Notes under the pieces: generated by a model
The model's input: only the letters and a program-made list of their open reading frames with translations
Databases searched by the model: none
What the model was told of the DNA's origin: nothing
In this document: positions 12,223-25,076 of the stretch, piece by piece
How the letters are laid out: each line of letters starts with the position of its first letter
Numbering within the stretch: position 1 is the first letter of the stretch
Made by a program: the position numbers and the translations under genes
Source of the DNA: Dicyema japonicum
Taxonomy: Eukaryota > Animalia > Dicyemida
DNA: 64,000 nt
Direction: 5' to 3'
Assembly (NCBI GenBank): GCA_011109175.1
Contig: RDEW01000006.1
Coordinates: 421,668 to 485,667 of the forward strand

Positions 12223-13830
12223 ATTTGGTCTAGTTTGGTTCAGGATCAGCTCCAAAAAATTCAGGGTGTGGATCCGTGGAGTTTGATCCCTGATGACAAA
12301 AAGTGTCTGCGATATATTTGAACACTCCGACGAGGAACTACCTATTGCTGATAGCACTGTCAGCATCTTTGAAGTGATGACAGCTATCAGGGAATGCAAG
12401 GTCAATGCTCCAGGATATGACCACATATCAATGAAACTTATCAAAGAGGGTCCGGATATTTTGTTTGACTATCTGCGATGTCTTTATGATGGGTGTTTGC
12501 GACGACTTGGCCACTTGCCTTTAATATGGAAGAAAGCTGTTGTGAGGATGATTCCAAAACCAGGGAAGCCAAAGAGAGATCCGGCAAGCTACAGACCAAT
12601 TAGCTTAATATGTTCTTTCGCGAAAGTGATTGAACGTATCATTTTCAAAAGGCTAAGCAGACATATAGAAGAAAACGACTTTCTGATTCCGGAGCAGTGG
12701 GGTTTTCGTCCCGGAAGAGGCTGTGCAGACTGTTTCTTTCTACTGAATTCTGAAATCATGAAAGCAAAGGATTCCAAGAGACAAATAAACTTATTATGTC
12801 TTGATATCTCGAAAGCATTCGACAGTGTATGCCATGAAGCGTTGTTAAAGCAGCATCAGCATGAAGATACCTATTTGTTTGGCTAAGAAATTATCTTCAG
12901 GAAAGACAATCTTTTGTGAAGGTGGATATATATCTGATGCAATATCATTCAAAAGAGGATTACCTCAAGGTTCAGTATTGAGCCCTATTTTGTTTAATAT
13001 ATTTATGGACTTAGTTTTCCAAGTCCGAGGAATATTAATACTAGTCTTCTTATTTATGCGGATGACGTAATCGTGGTGGACACATCTCTAAAATCTTCTA
13101 TATCCGAAGGAAGAATCCGGGAGTATGTCGACCAGATTGAGCATTGGTGCAACTTGAGGAGGGCTAAAGCTCTCTGCTGAAAAATCTTCGCACTCCGAAT
13201 AAGCAGTTTGAAAAAGCACCTGAAACAAGAATACACACTGGGAGTAAACAATTCACACAGTCTGCGCTACCTGGGGGTCGAATATGGACACGCAGGAGAT
13301 TACATGGACGACATAAAGGGCAGGAGAAAGAGAGCCTTTCAGTCGCTCCTATGTACACGGAAGTTACACGTTAGCCGTCACACTTACCTGTTTATCTTAA
13401 AGGGAGTTATTCTCCCTAGCCTACTTTATGGGTGCGAGGGGTGGTTCTTCTCTTCGAAGAGGGACAAGATCTTATCCCTCCTAGAGAAGAGTAGAAGAAA
13501 TGCAATGAAGCTTTCCTTAAAAAAGAAACTGAAAGACAGTCTAAACGAGGACGAAAACAAGCTCCTGGAACCAATTAGCAAGATTGTGGAGGATCGGATC
13601 AATGGTTTTAGGAGGAGATCAAAGGTCCAGGACACATACATAAAGCTGTGAAAATAAAGATTAAAAAGCTGGGAGAAACGTTCAGAAAAAGATTAATAAT
13701 AAAAAAAAGGAGGAAGGGTCCAGGTGTGGAGTCCAAGCCTTATCGAGATAAATTAGTAATTGGATGGATATCAAGGATAAATGGTACCCGGATGAACAAT
13801 CCAGGCCAACCGGCGGACTGGACCTATTCC
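12223..13830 (+). mobile_element. 5'-truncated LINE RT fragment RT-B, copy 1
   Basis: APGYDHI, YRPISLICSFAKVIER, QWGFRPGRG, LDISKAFDSV, PQGS, YADD, YLGV; frameshifted. Confidence 0.85.
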
Positions 13831-14660
13831 ATAACTTGTTGTTTTAATTCATTTCAGCGACAGATTTTTGAACTTTTGTCTTTGTTGCGTTTTCAATTCT
13901 TTTGATAATGTTGCAATTGTTCAATTTTTTTGGCTATCATGGAAATAAATTGTGATTCCTTTAGTTTCATTAATGACTCCTGTAACCATATAAGTTTGAC
14001 TCATCAGCCCGGACACGAAGATGGCCCCGGGTTCTCATACTATACGACAATAAATAATAATATATATCTCCAGTTAATAGTTAGCTAAAAACGAGTTTTT
14101 TTGTCCTGTGAATAACCAACATCCTCATTAAAAAACGTAACTACTTTATTAAAATTATTTATATTTTCGTCGTATTTCCATATTCGTTGGTTTAACATTT
14201 TTTCACAAGCAATTATTAGATTCTCATACGCTGCATTTAATAATTTGTCGTCTTCTCACAACAAAATGGGTTCATTTCTTCATCTGATAAAGCGGGAGGA
14301 TATTTTGCCCCCATAAAAAGATAATATAGATTATTTTTAGTCTTCTGGTGGGTGGTACTATGATAAAAAACGATGACTTTCATAGAAGACTGATAAGACC
14401 CAAAATTTCCGTTAGATGAAATAACTGACGAAATCCATCTTTTTATACTTTGATTGAATGTTCAATTTATTGAAAATATTACCGTTTGACTTGGCATTGT
14501 ATCCGTGGAGACCTTGGCCTGCCTCTTAAATGCTTCTTCGAGTTCGCTTATATCCATCAAGAAAAAATGACCCATATAAAGACCTCTCCTTAACTAACAA
14601 CCCCATAGTTCTACAACCACCAGAAAGAATTCCTTGGAGACATTTATTTACGAAATAAAA

Positions 14661-15185
14661 TCAAATCTCACAAATGAAAGACTCGTAAAATTCAAACGCT
14701 TAGGGGACATTTTTCGTTAGCAATTTTGGAAGGAAGTAAGACGGCAACCAACTTGGACTTCCTTCAATCAAAACACAAAGTTACAGTTTTATTAGAAAAT
14801 GCAACCCATCATACTCATCGGTCACACCCAAAACCTTCTCCACATAATCATCTGTGATGTCCTCCCATTGGTCCTCTTCGACCTATTGAATCAGTTTCAT
14901 CTTTCACAGTTTCGAAGAGACGTTCATCAATTATTTTGGCCCTCTTCTCATCTGAGTTGGAAGGCGGGATCTCTTTCTTAGGTCTTCGTCTTTTTCGTTC
15001 AAATTTATCTATCAAATCTTTACAGTGAATGTATTCCTCAGGCTCCCATGAAGCATCCTCACTGTCATATTACCATAAATAAACATATCATAGTTTAGCC
15101 ATTTAACTTTATAGAATTTCTCTTGCTTTTTGCTGACTTTCACATCAACTATTGCCTCCACGTCGTACTCTATTAACTCTGACAT
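14661..15185 (-). pseudogene. HP1: HP1/CBX copy 1 (chromo + chromoshadow); 2-nt deletion gives early stop CPLSV* at 14692-14694
   Basis: Same exon structure as copy 3; ttcaaacgc here versus ttcaatgacgc or ttcaataacgc in the other copies. Confidence 0.8.
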
Positions 15186-15255
15186 TTAATTTAAATTTAT
15201 TTTAAATTTTAATTATTTTATGAAACTTTTAAATTCATTTTTATATTAATAAAAT

Positions 15256-17127
15256 TAATGAGATTGGAAGATGGATGGTTCCGAGTCATACGACCCGTTG
15301 TCACGAGATTCCTCTGCATCTGTGAGGAAGATGGAAACCCGCTTCGCTTCTCCACATACAAGACAAAAAAAACCGATTGGTACAAAAGTTCTTCCTCAAT
15401 CGGTTTCGTCTGAAAATGAGAGAAGGCTATTTCGAAAGTTAGTAGAAACAATGGAATTTGATTGCGGGAACTAGAAACATCTAACTGTTTGACGTTTTCT
15501 CTGTGATCCTGAGATTCTAAATAAATAAGTGCCGGATAAATTTCATGGACTTCTCTTTTCGAATGCAGTCCATTGCGGCTATAGGTTCCACGAATCTACC
15601 ATACTTATTGGCTTGATGGGTGACACCGTGTTATTCACGTATAGCAAATCGGATTATCTATAGCAACTTCCCCAGAAAATTCAGGGGTTGAAGAAGTCTT
15701 GACCAATGGACTCAGGATGTTGAATGTGCTTAATGCGCCTGTCCCCTATGGTTGTTAGTTGTATTCGTTAAGATTGATAAACAAAGCTCGATCAGACGTC
15801 TTTCGGCACCTACACCATTCTCCTAAATACACGTGGAACCATGGCCGTGGTTTCCTTCGTTTCCGACCTGGACTGTTCAAGGAAGGGCCGGATGATCTTC
15901 TGCTTGTGCTGAGGAATCTATTTAACGCGAGTATTACTCATGGATATGTCCCAATACGATGGAAATGTTCTATTATCAGAATGGTACTCAAACCGAGAAA
16001 GTCGGGGAGGAACCCTCTCAACTATAGACCGATCAGCCTCATTTGCTCTATATCCAAGATTGCTGAGCGAATTATCTTCAAAGGCTGAACGAGCACATAG
16101 AAGAGAGTGGATTCCTCCTCGCGGAACAATGGGCTTCAGACCTGGAAAATCCTGTACGGACTGTATCTACTAGATGCACACGACGGTATTGAGAGGTCTG
16201 GAATTCAAGAGACAAGTCAACCTAGTATGTCTGGATCTGTCTAAAGCTTTTGATAGCATGTGGCATGAAGCCCTCCTATCAAGGCTAGCAGCTGCGAAAA
16301 TCCATAAGAAACACTTCATATGGATAAAGAACTAGCTAACAGAACGAACTTCCCGAATACGTGTCGGACCATATATGTCAAAAGATATTACATTGAAGAG
16401 GGGAGTTCCACAGGGCTCTATCTTGAGCCCGCTGTTGTTCAATATATTCCTATCTGATTTTCTAACTCAACCGAATATAAACACAAGACTATTGATATAC
16501 GCCGATGATATTCTGATCACAGATACATCTGACAAATCAACTTTTTCGGAGAAAAAATCATGTCATTCATTGGACAAGTTCAGGACTGGTGCACAAAAAG
16601 AGGGATGAGATCCAGTCGCCTAAGGAGGCATCAGAAGCAGACTTACTCATTAGAGATTCCTAAGTAAACTCAATGCGCTACCTCGGGATAGCAATCGATG
16701 GGAATGGTTCCTTCATGGAGGACATAAGACGAAAAAGGAAGAAGGCGCTTCAAGCACTCTTATGTACGAGAAAGTTGTTTGTAAGCCTTGGAAACCTTCT
16801 TGTTCATCTTCATGAGGATCATCCTACCGGAACTGCTATATGGATGCGAAGCATGGTTTTTCTCTTGCCAAATAGAAAGAATAATGTTTTTCATGGAAAA
16901 AACCAGAAGGTCGGCAATAAAGTTGGCTTTGGGGAAAAGGCTCTGGGATGCTCTCAGTACTGAAGAAGACATGATTCTAACTCCTGTTAAAAACATCGTA
17001 GAGAAAAGAATCAATGGGATCCAACGATAGAAGATAACTAAATGGAGTGTGGATACATCGGAAGTGTCCAGGCCGCATAGGCGGACACGTTTAAATATCC
17101 TAAAAATAACTCCTTACTTACTTACTT
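15256..17127 (+). mobile_element. Chimeric LINE RT-A (5' part like 25077-26270, 3' part like 11524-12215)
   Basis: Starts at a degenerate GSDHRPVV endonuclease end, then KKTDW and RT motifs; sequence type switches at 16438-16449. Confidence 0.85.
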
Positions 17128-17134
17128 TGGAATA

Positions 17135-18750
17135 AATTTGGTCTAGTTTGGTTCAGGATCAGCTCCAAAAAATTCAGGGTGTGGATCCGTAAAGTTTGAT
17201 CCCTGATGACAAAAAGTCTGCCGACATATTTGAACGCTCCGACGAGGAACTACCTATTGCTGATAGCACTGTCTGCATCTTTAAGTGATGACAGCTATCA
17301 GGGAATGCAAGGTCAATGCTCCAGGATATGACCACATATCAATGACACTTATCAAAGAGGGTCCGGATATTTTGTTTGACTATCTGCGATGTCTTTATGA
17401 TGGGTGTTTGCGACTTGGCCACCTGCCTTTAATATGGAAGAAAGCTGTTGTGAGGATGATTCCAAAACCAGGGAAGCCAAAAAGAGATCCGGCAAGCTAC
17501 AGACCAATTAGCTTAATATGTTCTTTCGCGAAAGTGATTGAACGTATCATTTTCAAAAGGCTAAGCAGACATATAGAAGAGAATGACTTTCTGATTCCGG
17601 AGCAGTGAGGTTTTCGTCCCAGAAGAGGCTGTGTAGACTGTTTCTTTCTACTGAATTCTGAAATCATGAAAGCAAGGATTCCAAAAGGCAAATAAACTTA
17701 TTATGTCTTGATATCTCGAAAGCATTCGACAGTGTATGCCATGAAGCGTTGTTAAAGCAGCTTGTATCAGCATGTGTTCCAAGATACCTATTTGTTTGGC
17801 TAAGAAATTATCTTCAGGAAAGACAATCTTTTGTGAAGGTGTGTGGAAATATATTCGATGCAACATCATTCAAGAGGGGAGTACCACAAGGTTCGATATT
17901 GAGCCCTATTTTGTTTAATATATTCATGGCGAGTTTTCCATGTCCGAGGAATATTAATGCTAGTCTTCTTATTTATGCGGATGACGTAATCGTGGTGGAC
18001 ACATCTCTAAAATCTTCTATATCCGAAGGAAGAATCCGGGAGTATGTCGACCAGATTGAGCATTGGTGCAACTTGAGAGGGCTAAAGCTTTCTGCTGAAA
18101 AATCTTCGCACTCCGAATAAGCAGTTTGAAAAAGCACCTGAAACAAGAATACACACTGGGAGTAAACAATTCACACAGTCTGCGCTACCTGGGGGTCGAC
18201 TATGGACACGCAGGAGATTACATGGACGACATAAAGGGGAAGAGAAAGAGAGCCTTTCAGTCGCTCCTATGTACACGGAAGTTACACGTTAGCCGTGACA
18301 CTTACCTGTTTATCTTCAAGGGAGTTATTCTCCCTAGCCTACTTTATGGGTGCGAGGGGTGGTTCTTCTCTCGAAGAGGGACAAGATATTATCCCTCCTA
18401 GAGAAGACTAGAAAGCTGCAATTAACCTCTCCTTAAAAAGAAACTGAAAGACTGTCTAAACGAGGACGAAAACAAGCTCCTGGAACCGATTAGCAAAATT
18501 CTGGAGGATCGGATCAATGTTTTCAGGAGGAGATCTAAGGTCCAGGACACATACATAAAGCTGGGAGAATAAAGATTAAAAAGCTGGGAGAAACGTTCCG
18601 AAAAAGATTAATAATAAAAAAAAGGAGGAAGGGTCCAGGTGTGGAGTCCAAGCCTTATCGAGATAATTTAGTAATTGGATGGATATCAAGGATAAATGGT
18701 ACCCGGATGAACAATCCAGGCCAACCGGCGGACTGGACCTATTCCATAAC
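17135..18750 (+). mobile_element. LINE RT-B copy 2
   Basis: ORFs 17285..17608 and 17749..18120 carry RT motifs. Confidence 0.85.
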
Positions 18751-19577
18751 TTGTTGTTTTAATTCATTTCAGCGACAGATTTTTGAACTTTTGTTTTTGT
18801 TGCGTTTTCAATTCTTTTGATGATGTTGCAATTGTTCAATTTTTTTGGCTATCATGGAAATAAATTGTGATTCCTTTGGTTTCATTAATGACTCCTGTAA
18901 CCATATAAGTTTGACTCATCAGCCCAGACACGAAGATGGCCCCGGGTTCTCATACTATACGACAATAAATAATAATATATATCTCCAGTTAATAGTTAGC
19001 TAAAAACGAGTTTTTTTGTCCTGTGAATAACCAACATCCTCATTAAAAAACGTAACTACTTTATTAAAATTAATTTATATTTTCGTCGTATTTCCATATT
19101 CGTTGGTTTAACATTTTTTTCACAAGCAATTATTAGATTCTCATACGCTGCATTTAATAATTTGTCGTCTTCTCACAACAAAATGGGTTCATTTCTTCAT
19201 CTGATAAAGCGGGAGGATATTTTGCCCCCATAAAAAGATAATATAGATTATTTTTAGTCTTCTGGTGGGTGGTACTATGATAAAAAACGATGACTTTCAT
19301 AGAAGACTGATAAGACCCAAAATTTCCGTTAGATGAAATAGCTGACGAAATCCATCTTTTTATACTTTGATTGAATGTTCAATTTATTGAAAATATTACC
19401 GTTTGACTTGGCATTGTATCCGTGGAGACCTTGGCCTGCCTCTTAAATGCTTCTTCGAGTTCGCTTATATCCATCAAGAAAAAATGACCCATATAAAGAC
19501 CTCTCCTTAACTAACAACCCCATAGTTCTACAACCACCAGAAAGAATTCCTTGGAGACATTTATTTACGAAATAAAA

Positions 19578-20104
19578 TCAAATCTCACAAATGAAAGACT
19601 CGTAAAATTCAATAACGCTTAGGGGACATTTTTCGTTAGCAATTTTGGAAGGAAGTAAGACGGCAACCAACTTGGACTTCCTTCAATCAAAACACAAAGT
19701 TACAGTTTTATTAGAAAATGCAACCCATCATACTCATCGGTCACTCCCAAAACCTTCTCCACATAATCATCTGTAATGTCCTCCCATTGGTCCTCTTCGA
19801 CCTATTGAATCAGTTTCATCTTTCACAGTTTCGAAGAGACGTTCATCAATTATTTTGGCCCTTTTCTCATCTGAGTTGGAAGGCGGGATCTCTTTCTTAG
19901 GTCTTCGTCTTTTTCGTTCAAATTTATCTATCAAATCTTTACAGTGAATGTATTCCTCAGGCACCCATGAAGCATCCTCACTGTCATATTAGCATAAATA
20001 AACATATCATAGTTTAGCCATTTAACTTCTTAGAATTTCTCTTGCTTTTTGCTGATTTTCACGTCAACTATTGCCTCCACGTCGTACTCTATTAACTCTG
20101 ACAT
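19578..20104 (-). pseudogene. HP1: HP1/CBX copy 2; nonsense TAA at codon 25 (20030-20032) in the chromodomain
   Basis: TTC TAA GAA GTT here versus TTC TAT AAA GTT in copies 1 and 3; this is a substitution, not a homopolymer indel. Confidence 0.85.
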
Positions 20105-20174
20105 TTAATTTAAATTTATTTTAAATTTTAATTATTTTATGAAACGTTTAAATTCATTTTTATATTAATAAAAT

Positions 20175-22045
20175 TAATGAGATTGGAAGACGGATGGTTC
20201 CGAGTCATACGACCCGTTGTCACGAAATTCCTCTGCATCTGTGAGGAAGATGAAAATCCGCTTCGCTTGTCCACATACAAGACAAAAGAAAACCGATTGG
20301 TAAAAAAGTTCTTCCCCAATCGGTTTCGTCTGAAAATGAGAGAAGGCTCTTTCGAAAGTTAGTAAAAACAATGGAATTTAATTGCGGGAACTAGAAACAT
20401 CTAACTGTTTGACGTTTTCTCTGTGATCCTGGAATTCTAAATAAATAAGTGCCGGATAAATTTCATGGACTTCTCATTTCGAATGCAGTCCATAGCGGCT
20501 ATAGGTTCCACGAATCTACCATACTTATTGGCTTGATGGGTGACACCGTGTTATTCATGTATAGCAAATCGGATTATCTATAGCAACTTCCCCAGAAAAT
20601 TCAGGGGTTGAAGAAGTTTTGACCAATGGACTCAGGATGTTGAATGTGCTTAATGCGCCTGTCCTCCATGGTTGTTTGTTGTATTTGTTAAAATTGATAA
20701 ACAAAGCTCAATCAGACGTCTTTCGGCACCTACACCATTCTCCTTAATACACGTCGAACCATGGCCATGGTTTCCTTTGTTTCCGACGTGGACTGTTCAA
20801 GGAAGGGCCGGATGATCTGCTGCTTTTGCTGAGGAATCTATTTAACGCGAGTATTACTCATGGATATGTCCCAATACGATGAAAATGTTCTATTATCAGA
20901 ATGGTACTCAAACCGAGAAAGTCGGGGAGGAACCCTCTCAACTATAGACCGATCAGCCTCATTTGCTCTATATCCAAGATTGCTGAGCGAATTATCTTCA
21001 AAGGCTGAACGAGCACATAGAAGAGAGTGGATTCCTCCTCGCGGAACAATGGGGCTTCAGACCTGGAAAATCCTGTACGGACTGTATCTACTAGATGCAC
21101 ACGACGGTATTGAGAGGTCTGGAATTCAAGAGACAAGTCAACCTAGTATGTCTGGATCTGTCTAAAGCTTTTGATAGCATGTGGCATGAAGCCCTCCTAT
21201 CAAGGCTAGCAGCTGCGAAAATCCATAAGAAACACTTCATATGGATAAAGAACTAGCTAACAGAACGAACTTCCCGAATACGTGTCGGACCATATATGTC
21301 AAAAGATATTACATTGAAGAGGGGAGTTCCACAGGGCTCTATCTTGAGCCGCTGTTGTTCAATATATTCCTATCTGATTTTCTAACTCAACCGAATATAA
21401 ACACAAGACTATTGATATACGCCGATGATATTCTGATCACAGATACATCTGACAAATCAACTTTTTCGGAGAAAAAATCATGTCATTCATTGGACAAGTT
21501 CAGGACTGGTGCACAAAAAGAGGGATGAGATCCAGTCGCCTAAGGAGGCATCAGAAGCAGACTTACTCATTAGAGATTCCTAAAGTAAACTCAATGCGCT
21601 ACCTCGGATAGCAATCGATGGAAATGGTTCCTTCATGAAGGACATAAGACGAAGAAGGAAGAAGGCGCTTCAAGCACTCTTATGTACGAAAAAGTTGCTT
21701 GTAAGCCTGGAAACCTTCTTGTTCATCTTCATGAGGATCATCCTACCGGAACTGCTATATGGATGCGAAGCATAGTTTTACTATTGCCAAAGAGAAAGAA
21801 TAATGTTTCTTATGGAAAAAACCAGAAGGTCAGCAATAAAGCTGGCTTTAGGGAAAAGGCTCTGGGATGCTCTCAGCACTAAAAAAAACATGATTCTAAC
21901 TCCTGTTAAGAACATCGTAGAGAAAAGAATCAATGGGATCCGACGATAGAAGATAACTATATGGAGTGTGGATACATCGGAAGTGTCCGGGCCGCATAGG
22001 CGGACACGTTTAAATATCCTAAAAATAACTCCTTACTTTCTTACT
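20175..22045 (+). mobile_element. Chimeric LINE RT-A, second chimera
   Basis: Same structure as 15256-17127; switch at 21358-21369. Confidence 0.85.
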
Positions 22046-22054
22046 TTGGAATAA

Positions 22055-23660
22055 ATTTGGTCTAGTTTGGTTCAGGATCAGCTCCAAAAAATTCAGGGTG
22101 TGGATCCGTGGAGTTTGATCCCTGATGACAAAAAGTGTCTGCCGATATATTTGAACGCTCCGACGATGAACTACCTATTGCTGATAGCACTGTCTGCATC
22201 TTTAAGTGATGACAGCTATCAGGGAATGCAAGGTCAATGCTCCAGGATATGACCACATATCAATGAAACTTATCAAAGAGGGTCCGGATATTTTGTTTGA
22301 CTGTCTGCGATGTCTTTATGATGGGTGTTTGCGACTTGGCCACTTGCCTTTAATATGGAAGAAAGCTGTTGTGAGGATGATTCCAAAACCAGGGAAGCCA
22401 AAGAGAGATCCGGCAAGCTACAGACCAATTAGCTTAATATGTTCTTTCGCGAAAGTGATTGCACGTATCATTTTCAAAAGGCTAAGCAGACATATAGAAG
22501 AAAACGACTTTCTGATTCCGGAGAAGTGGGGTTTTCGTCCGGAAGAGGCTGTGCAGACTGTTTCTTTCTACTGAATTCTGAAATCATGAAAGCAGAGGAT
22601 TCCAAGAGACAAATAAACTTATTATGTCTTGATATCTCGAAAGCATTCGACAGTGTATGCCATGAACCGTTGTTAAAGCAGCTTGTATCAGCATGTGTTC
22701 CAAGATACCTATTTGTTTGGCTAAGAAATTATCTTCAGGAAAGACAATTTTTTGTGAAGGTGGATATATATCTGATGCAATATCATTCAAAAGAGGATTA
22801 CCTCAAGGTTCAGTATTGAGCCATATTTTGTTTAATATATTTATGGACTTAGTTTTCCAAGTCCGAGGAATATTAATACTAGTCTTCTTATTTATGCGGA
22901 TGACGTAATCGTGGTGGACACATCTCTAAAATCTTCTATATCGAAGGAAGAATCCGGGAGTATGAGTATTGGTGCAACTTGAGAGGGCTAAAGCTCTCTG
23001 CTGAAAAATCTTCGCACTCCGAATAAGCAGTTTGAAAAAGCACCTGAAACAAGAATACACACTGGGAGTAAACAATTCACACAGTCTGCGCTACCTGGGG
23101 TCGACTATGGACACGCAGGAGATTAGATGGACGACATAAAGGGGAGGAGAAAGAGAGCCTTTCAGTCGCTCCTATGTACACGGAAGTTACACGTTAGCCG
23201 TGACACTTACCTGTTTATCTTCAAGGGAAGTTATTCTCCCTAGCCTACTTTATGGGTGCGAGGGTGGTTCTTCTCTTCGAAGAGGACAAGATCTTATCCC
23301 TCCTAGAGAAGAGTAGAAAAGCTGCAATTAAGCTCTCCTTAAAAAAGAAACTGAAAGACTGTCTAAACGAGGACGAAAACAAGCTCATGGAACCGATTAG
23401 CAAGATTGTGGAGGATCGGATCAATGGTTTCAGGAGGAGATCAAAGGTCCAGGACACATACATAAAGCTGGGAGAATAAAGATTAAAAAGCTGGGAGAAA
23501 CGTTCCGAAAAAGATTAATAATAAAAAAAAGGAGGAAGGGTCCAGGTGTGGAGTCCAAGCCTTATCGAGATAAATTAGTAATTGGATGGATATCAAGGAT
23601 AAATGGTACCCGGATGAACAATCCAGGCCAACCGGCGGACTGGACCTATTCCATAACTTG
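22055..23660 (+). mobile_element. LINE RT-B copy 3
   Basis: ORFs 22206..22574 and 22439..22819 carry RT motifs. Confidence 0.85.
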
Positions 23661-24479
23661 TTGTTTTAATTCATTTCAGCGACAGATTTTTGAACTTTTG
23701 TCTTTGTTGCGTTTTCAATTCTTTTGATAATGTTGCAATTGTTCAATTTTTTGGCTATCATGGAAATAAATTGTGATTCCTTTGGTTTCATTAATGACTC
23801 CTGTAACCATATAAGTTTGACTCATCAGCCCGGACACGAAGATGGCCCCGGGTTCTCATACTATACGACAATAAATAATAATATATATCTCCAGTTAATA
23901 GTTAGCTAAAAACGAGTTTTTTTGTCCTGTAAATAACCAACATCCATTAAAAAACGTAACTACTTTATTAAAATTATTTATATTTTCGTCGTATTTACAT
24001 ATTCGTTGGTTTAACATTTTTTCACAAGCAATTATTAGATTCTCATACGCTGCATTTAATAATTTGTCGTCTTCTCACAACAAAATGGGTTCATTTCTTC
24101 ATCTGATAAAGCGGGAGGATATTTTGCCCCCATAAAAAGATAATATAGATTATTTTTAGTCTTCTGGTGGGTGGTACTATGATAAAAAACGATGACTTTC
24201 ATAGAAGACTGATAAGACCCAAAATTTCCGTTAGATGAAATAACTGACGAAATCCATCTTTTTATACTTTGATTGAATGTTCAATTTATTGAAAATATTA
24301 CCGTTTGACTTGGCATTGTATCCGTGGAGACCTTGGCCTGCCTCTTAAATGCTTCTTCGAGTTCGCTTATATCCATCAAGAAAAAATGACCCATATAAAG
24401 ACCTCTCCTTAACTAACAACCCCATAGTTCTACAACCACCAGAAAGAATTCCTTGGAGACATTTATTTACAAAATAAAA

Positions 24480-25006
24480 TCAAATCTCACAAATGAAAGA
24501 CTCGTAAAATTCAATGACGCTTAGGGGACATTTTTCGTTAGCAATTTTGGAAGGAAGTAAGACGGCAACCAACTTGGACTTCCTTCAATCAAAACACAAA
24601 GTTACAGTTTTATTAGAAAATGCAACCCATCATACTCATCGGTCACTCCCAAAACCTTCTCCACATAATCATCTGTGATGTCCTCCCATTGGTCCTCTTC
24701 GACCTATTGAATCAGTTTCATCTTTCACAGTTTCGAAGAGACGTTCATCAATTATTTTGGCCCTCTTCTCATCTGAGTTGGAAGGCGGGATCTCTTTCTT
24801 AGGTCTTCGTCTTTTTCGTTCAAATTTATCTATCAATTCTTTACAGTGAATGTATTCCTCAGGCTCCCATGAAGCATCCTCACTGTCATATTACCATAAA
24901 TAAACATATCATAGTTTAGCCATTTAACTTTATAGAATTTCTCTTGCTTTTTGCTGACTTTCACATCAACTATTGCCTCCACGTCGTACTCTATTAACTC
25001 TGACAT
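24480..25006 (-). CDS. HP1: HP1/CBX heterochromatin protein, intact, 151 aa; introns 24883-24905 (23 nt), 24704-24728 (25 nt), 24583-24605 (23 nt)
   Basis: Spliced product MSELIEYDVEAIVDVKVSKKQEKFYKVKWLNYDIEDASWEPEEYIHCKELIDKFE...VEKVLGVTDEYDGLHFLIKLKSKLVAVLLPSKIANEKCPLSVIEFYESFICEI*: chromodomain with Y/W/Y cage, basic hinge and chromoshadow domain. Confidence 0.93.
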
Positions 25007-25076
25007 TTAATTTAAATTTATTTTAAATTTTAATTATTTTATGAAACTTTTAAATTCATTTTTATATTAATAAAAT

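Larger units (their letters stand above)
9585..14049 (+). mobile_element. Ginger2/TDD-like integrase transposon (TGTCGTA...TACGACA, ATAAA TSD) containing a minisatellite and two LINE RT fragments
   Basis: Imperfect TIRs share TGTCGTA and GTCCGGGCTGAT(A/G)AGTC. ATAAA at 9580-9584 and 14050-14054. Flanks join in the empty copy at ~2680. Confidence 0.7.

Noticed and set aside
12115-12300. RT-A' appears to read in frame into RT-B, suggesting a double-RT fusion protein
   Set aside because: TAG and TAA stops intervene, a (TTAC)3 LINE tail marks the junction, and only unit 2 keeps the frame into the RT-B core. Frame coincidence has a 1-in-3 chance.
13960-14040. Hammerhead-like core on the minus strand (CCCGG/CCGGG stem, CTGATGAG, later GAAAC)
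   Set aside because: There is no NUH cleavage triplet before stem I and no convincing stem II. The motif is explained as the transposon TIR.
15258-17030. Domesticated stand-alone RT gene head-to-head with HP1
   Set aside because: It begins with a degenerate SDH-P endonuclease end and a KKTDW linker, so it is a 5'-truncated ordinary LINE with shared stops.
10832-18750. Telomeric retrotransposon array (HeT-A/TART or SART-like) next to TTAGGG-like repeats
   Set aside because: The region is internal and gene-flanked, the repeat is a complex 64-mer inside a transposon, and the periodicity is explained by segmental duplication.
20030-20032. In-frame TAA in HP1 copy 2 as evidence of stop-codon reassignment
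   Set aside because: TAA, TAG and TGA all terminate intact genes here (XPB, RPS29, HP1 copy 3), and the other copies have TAT.
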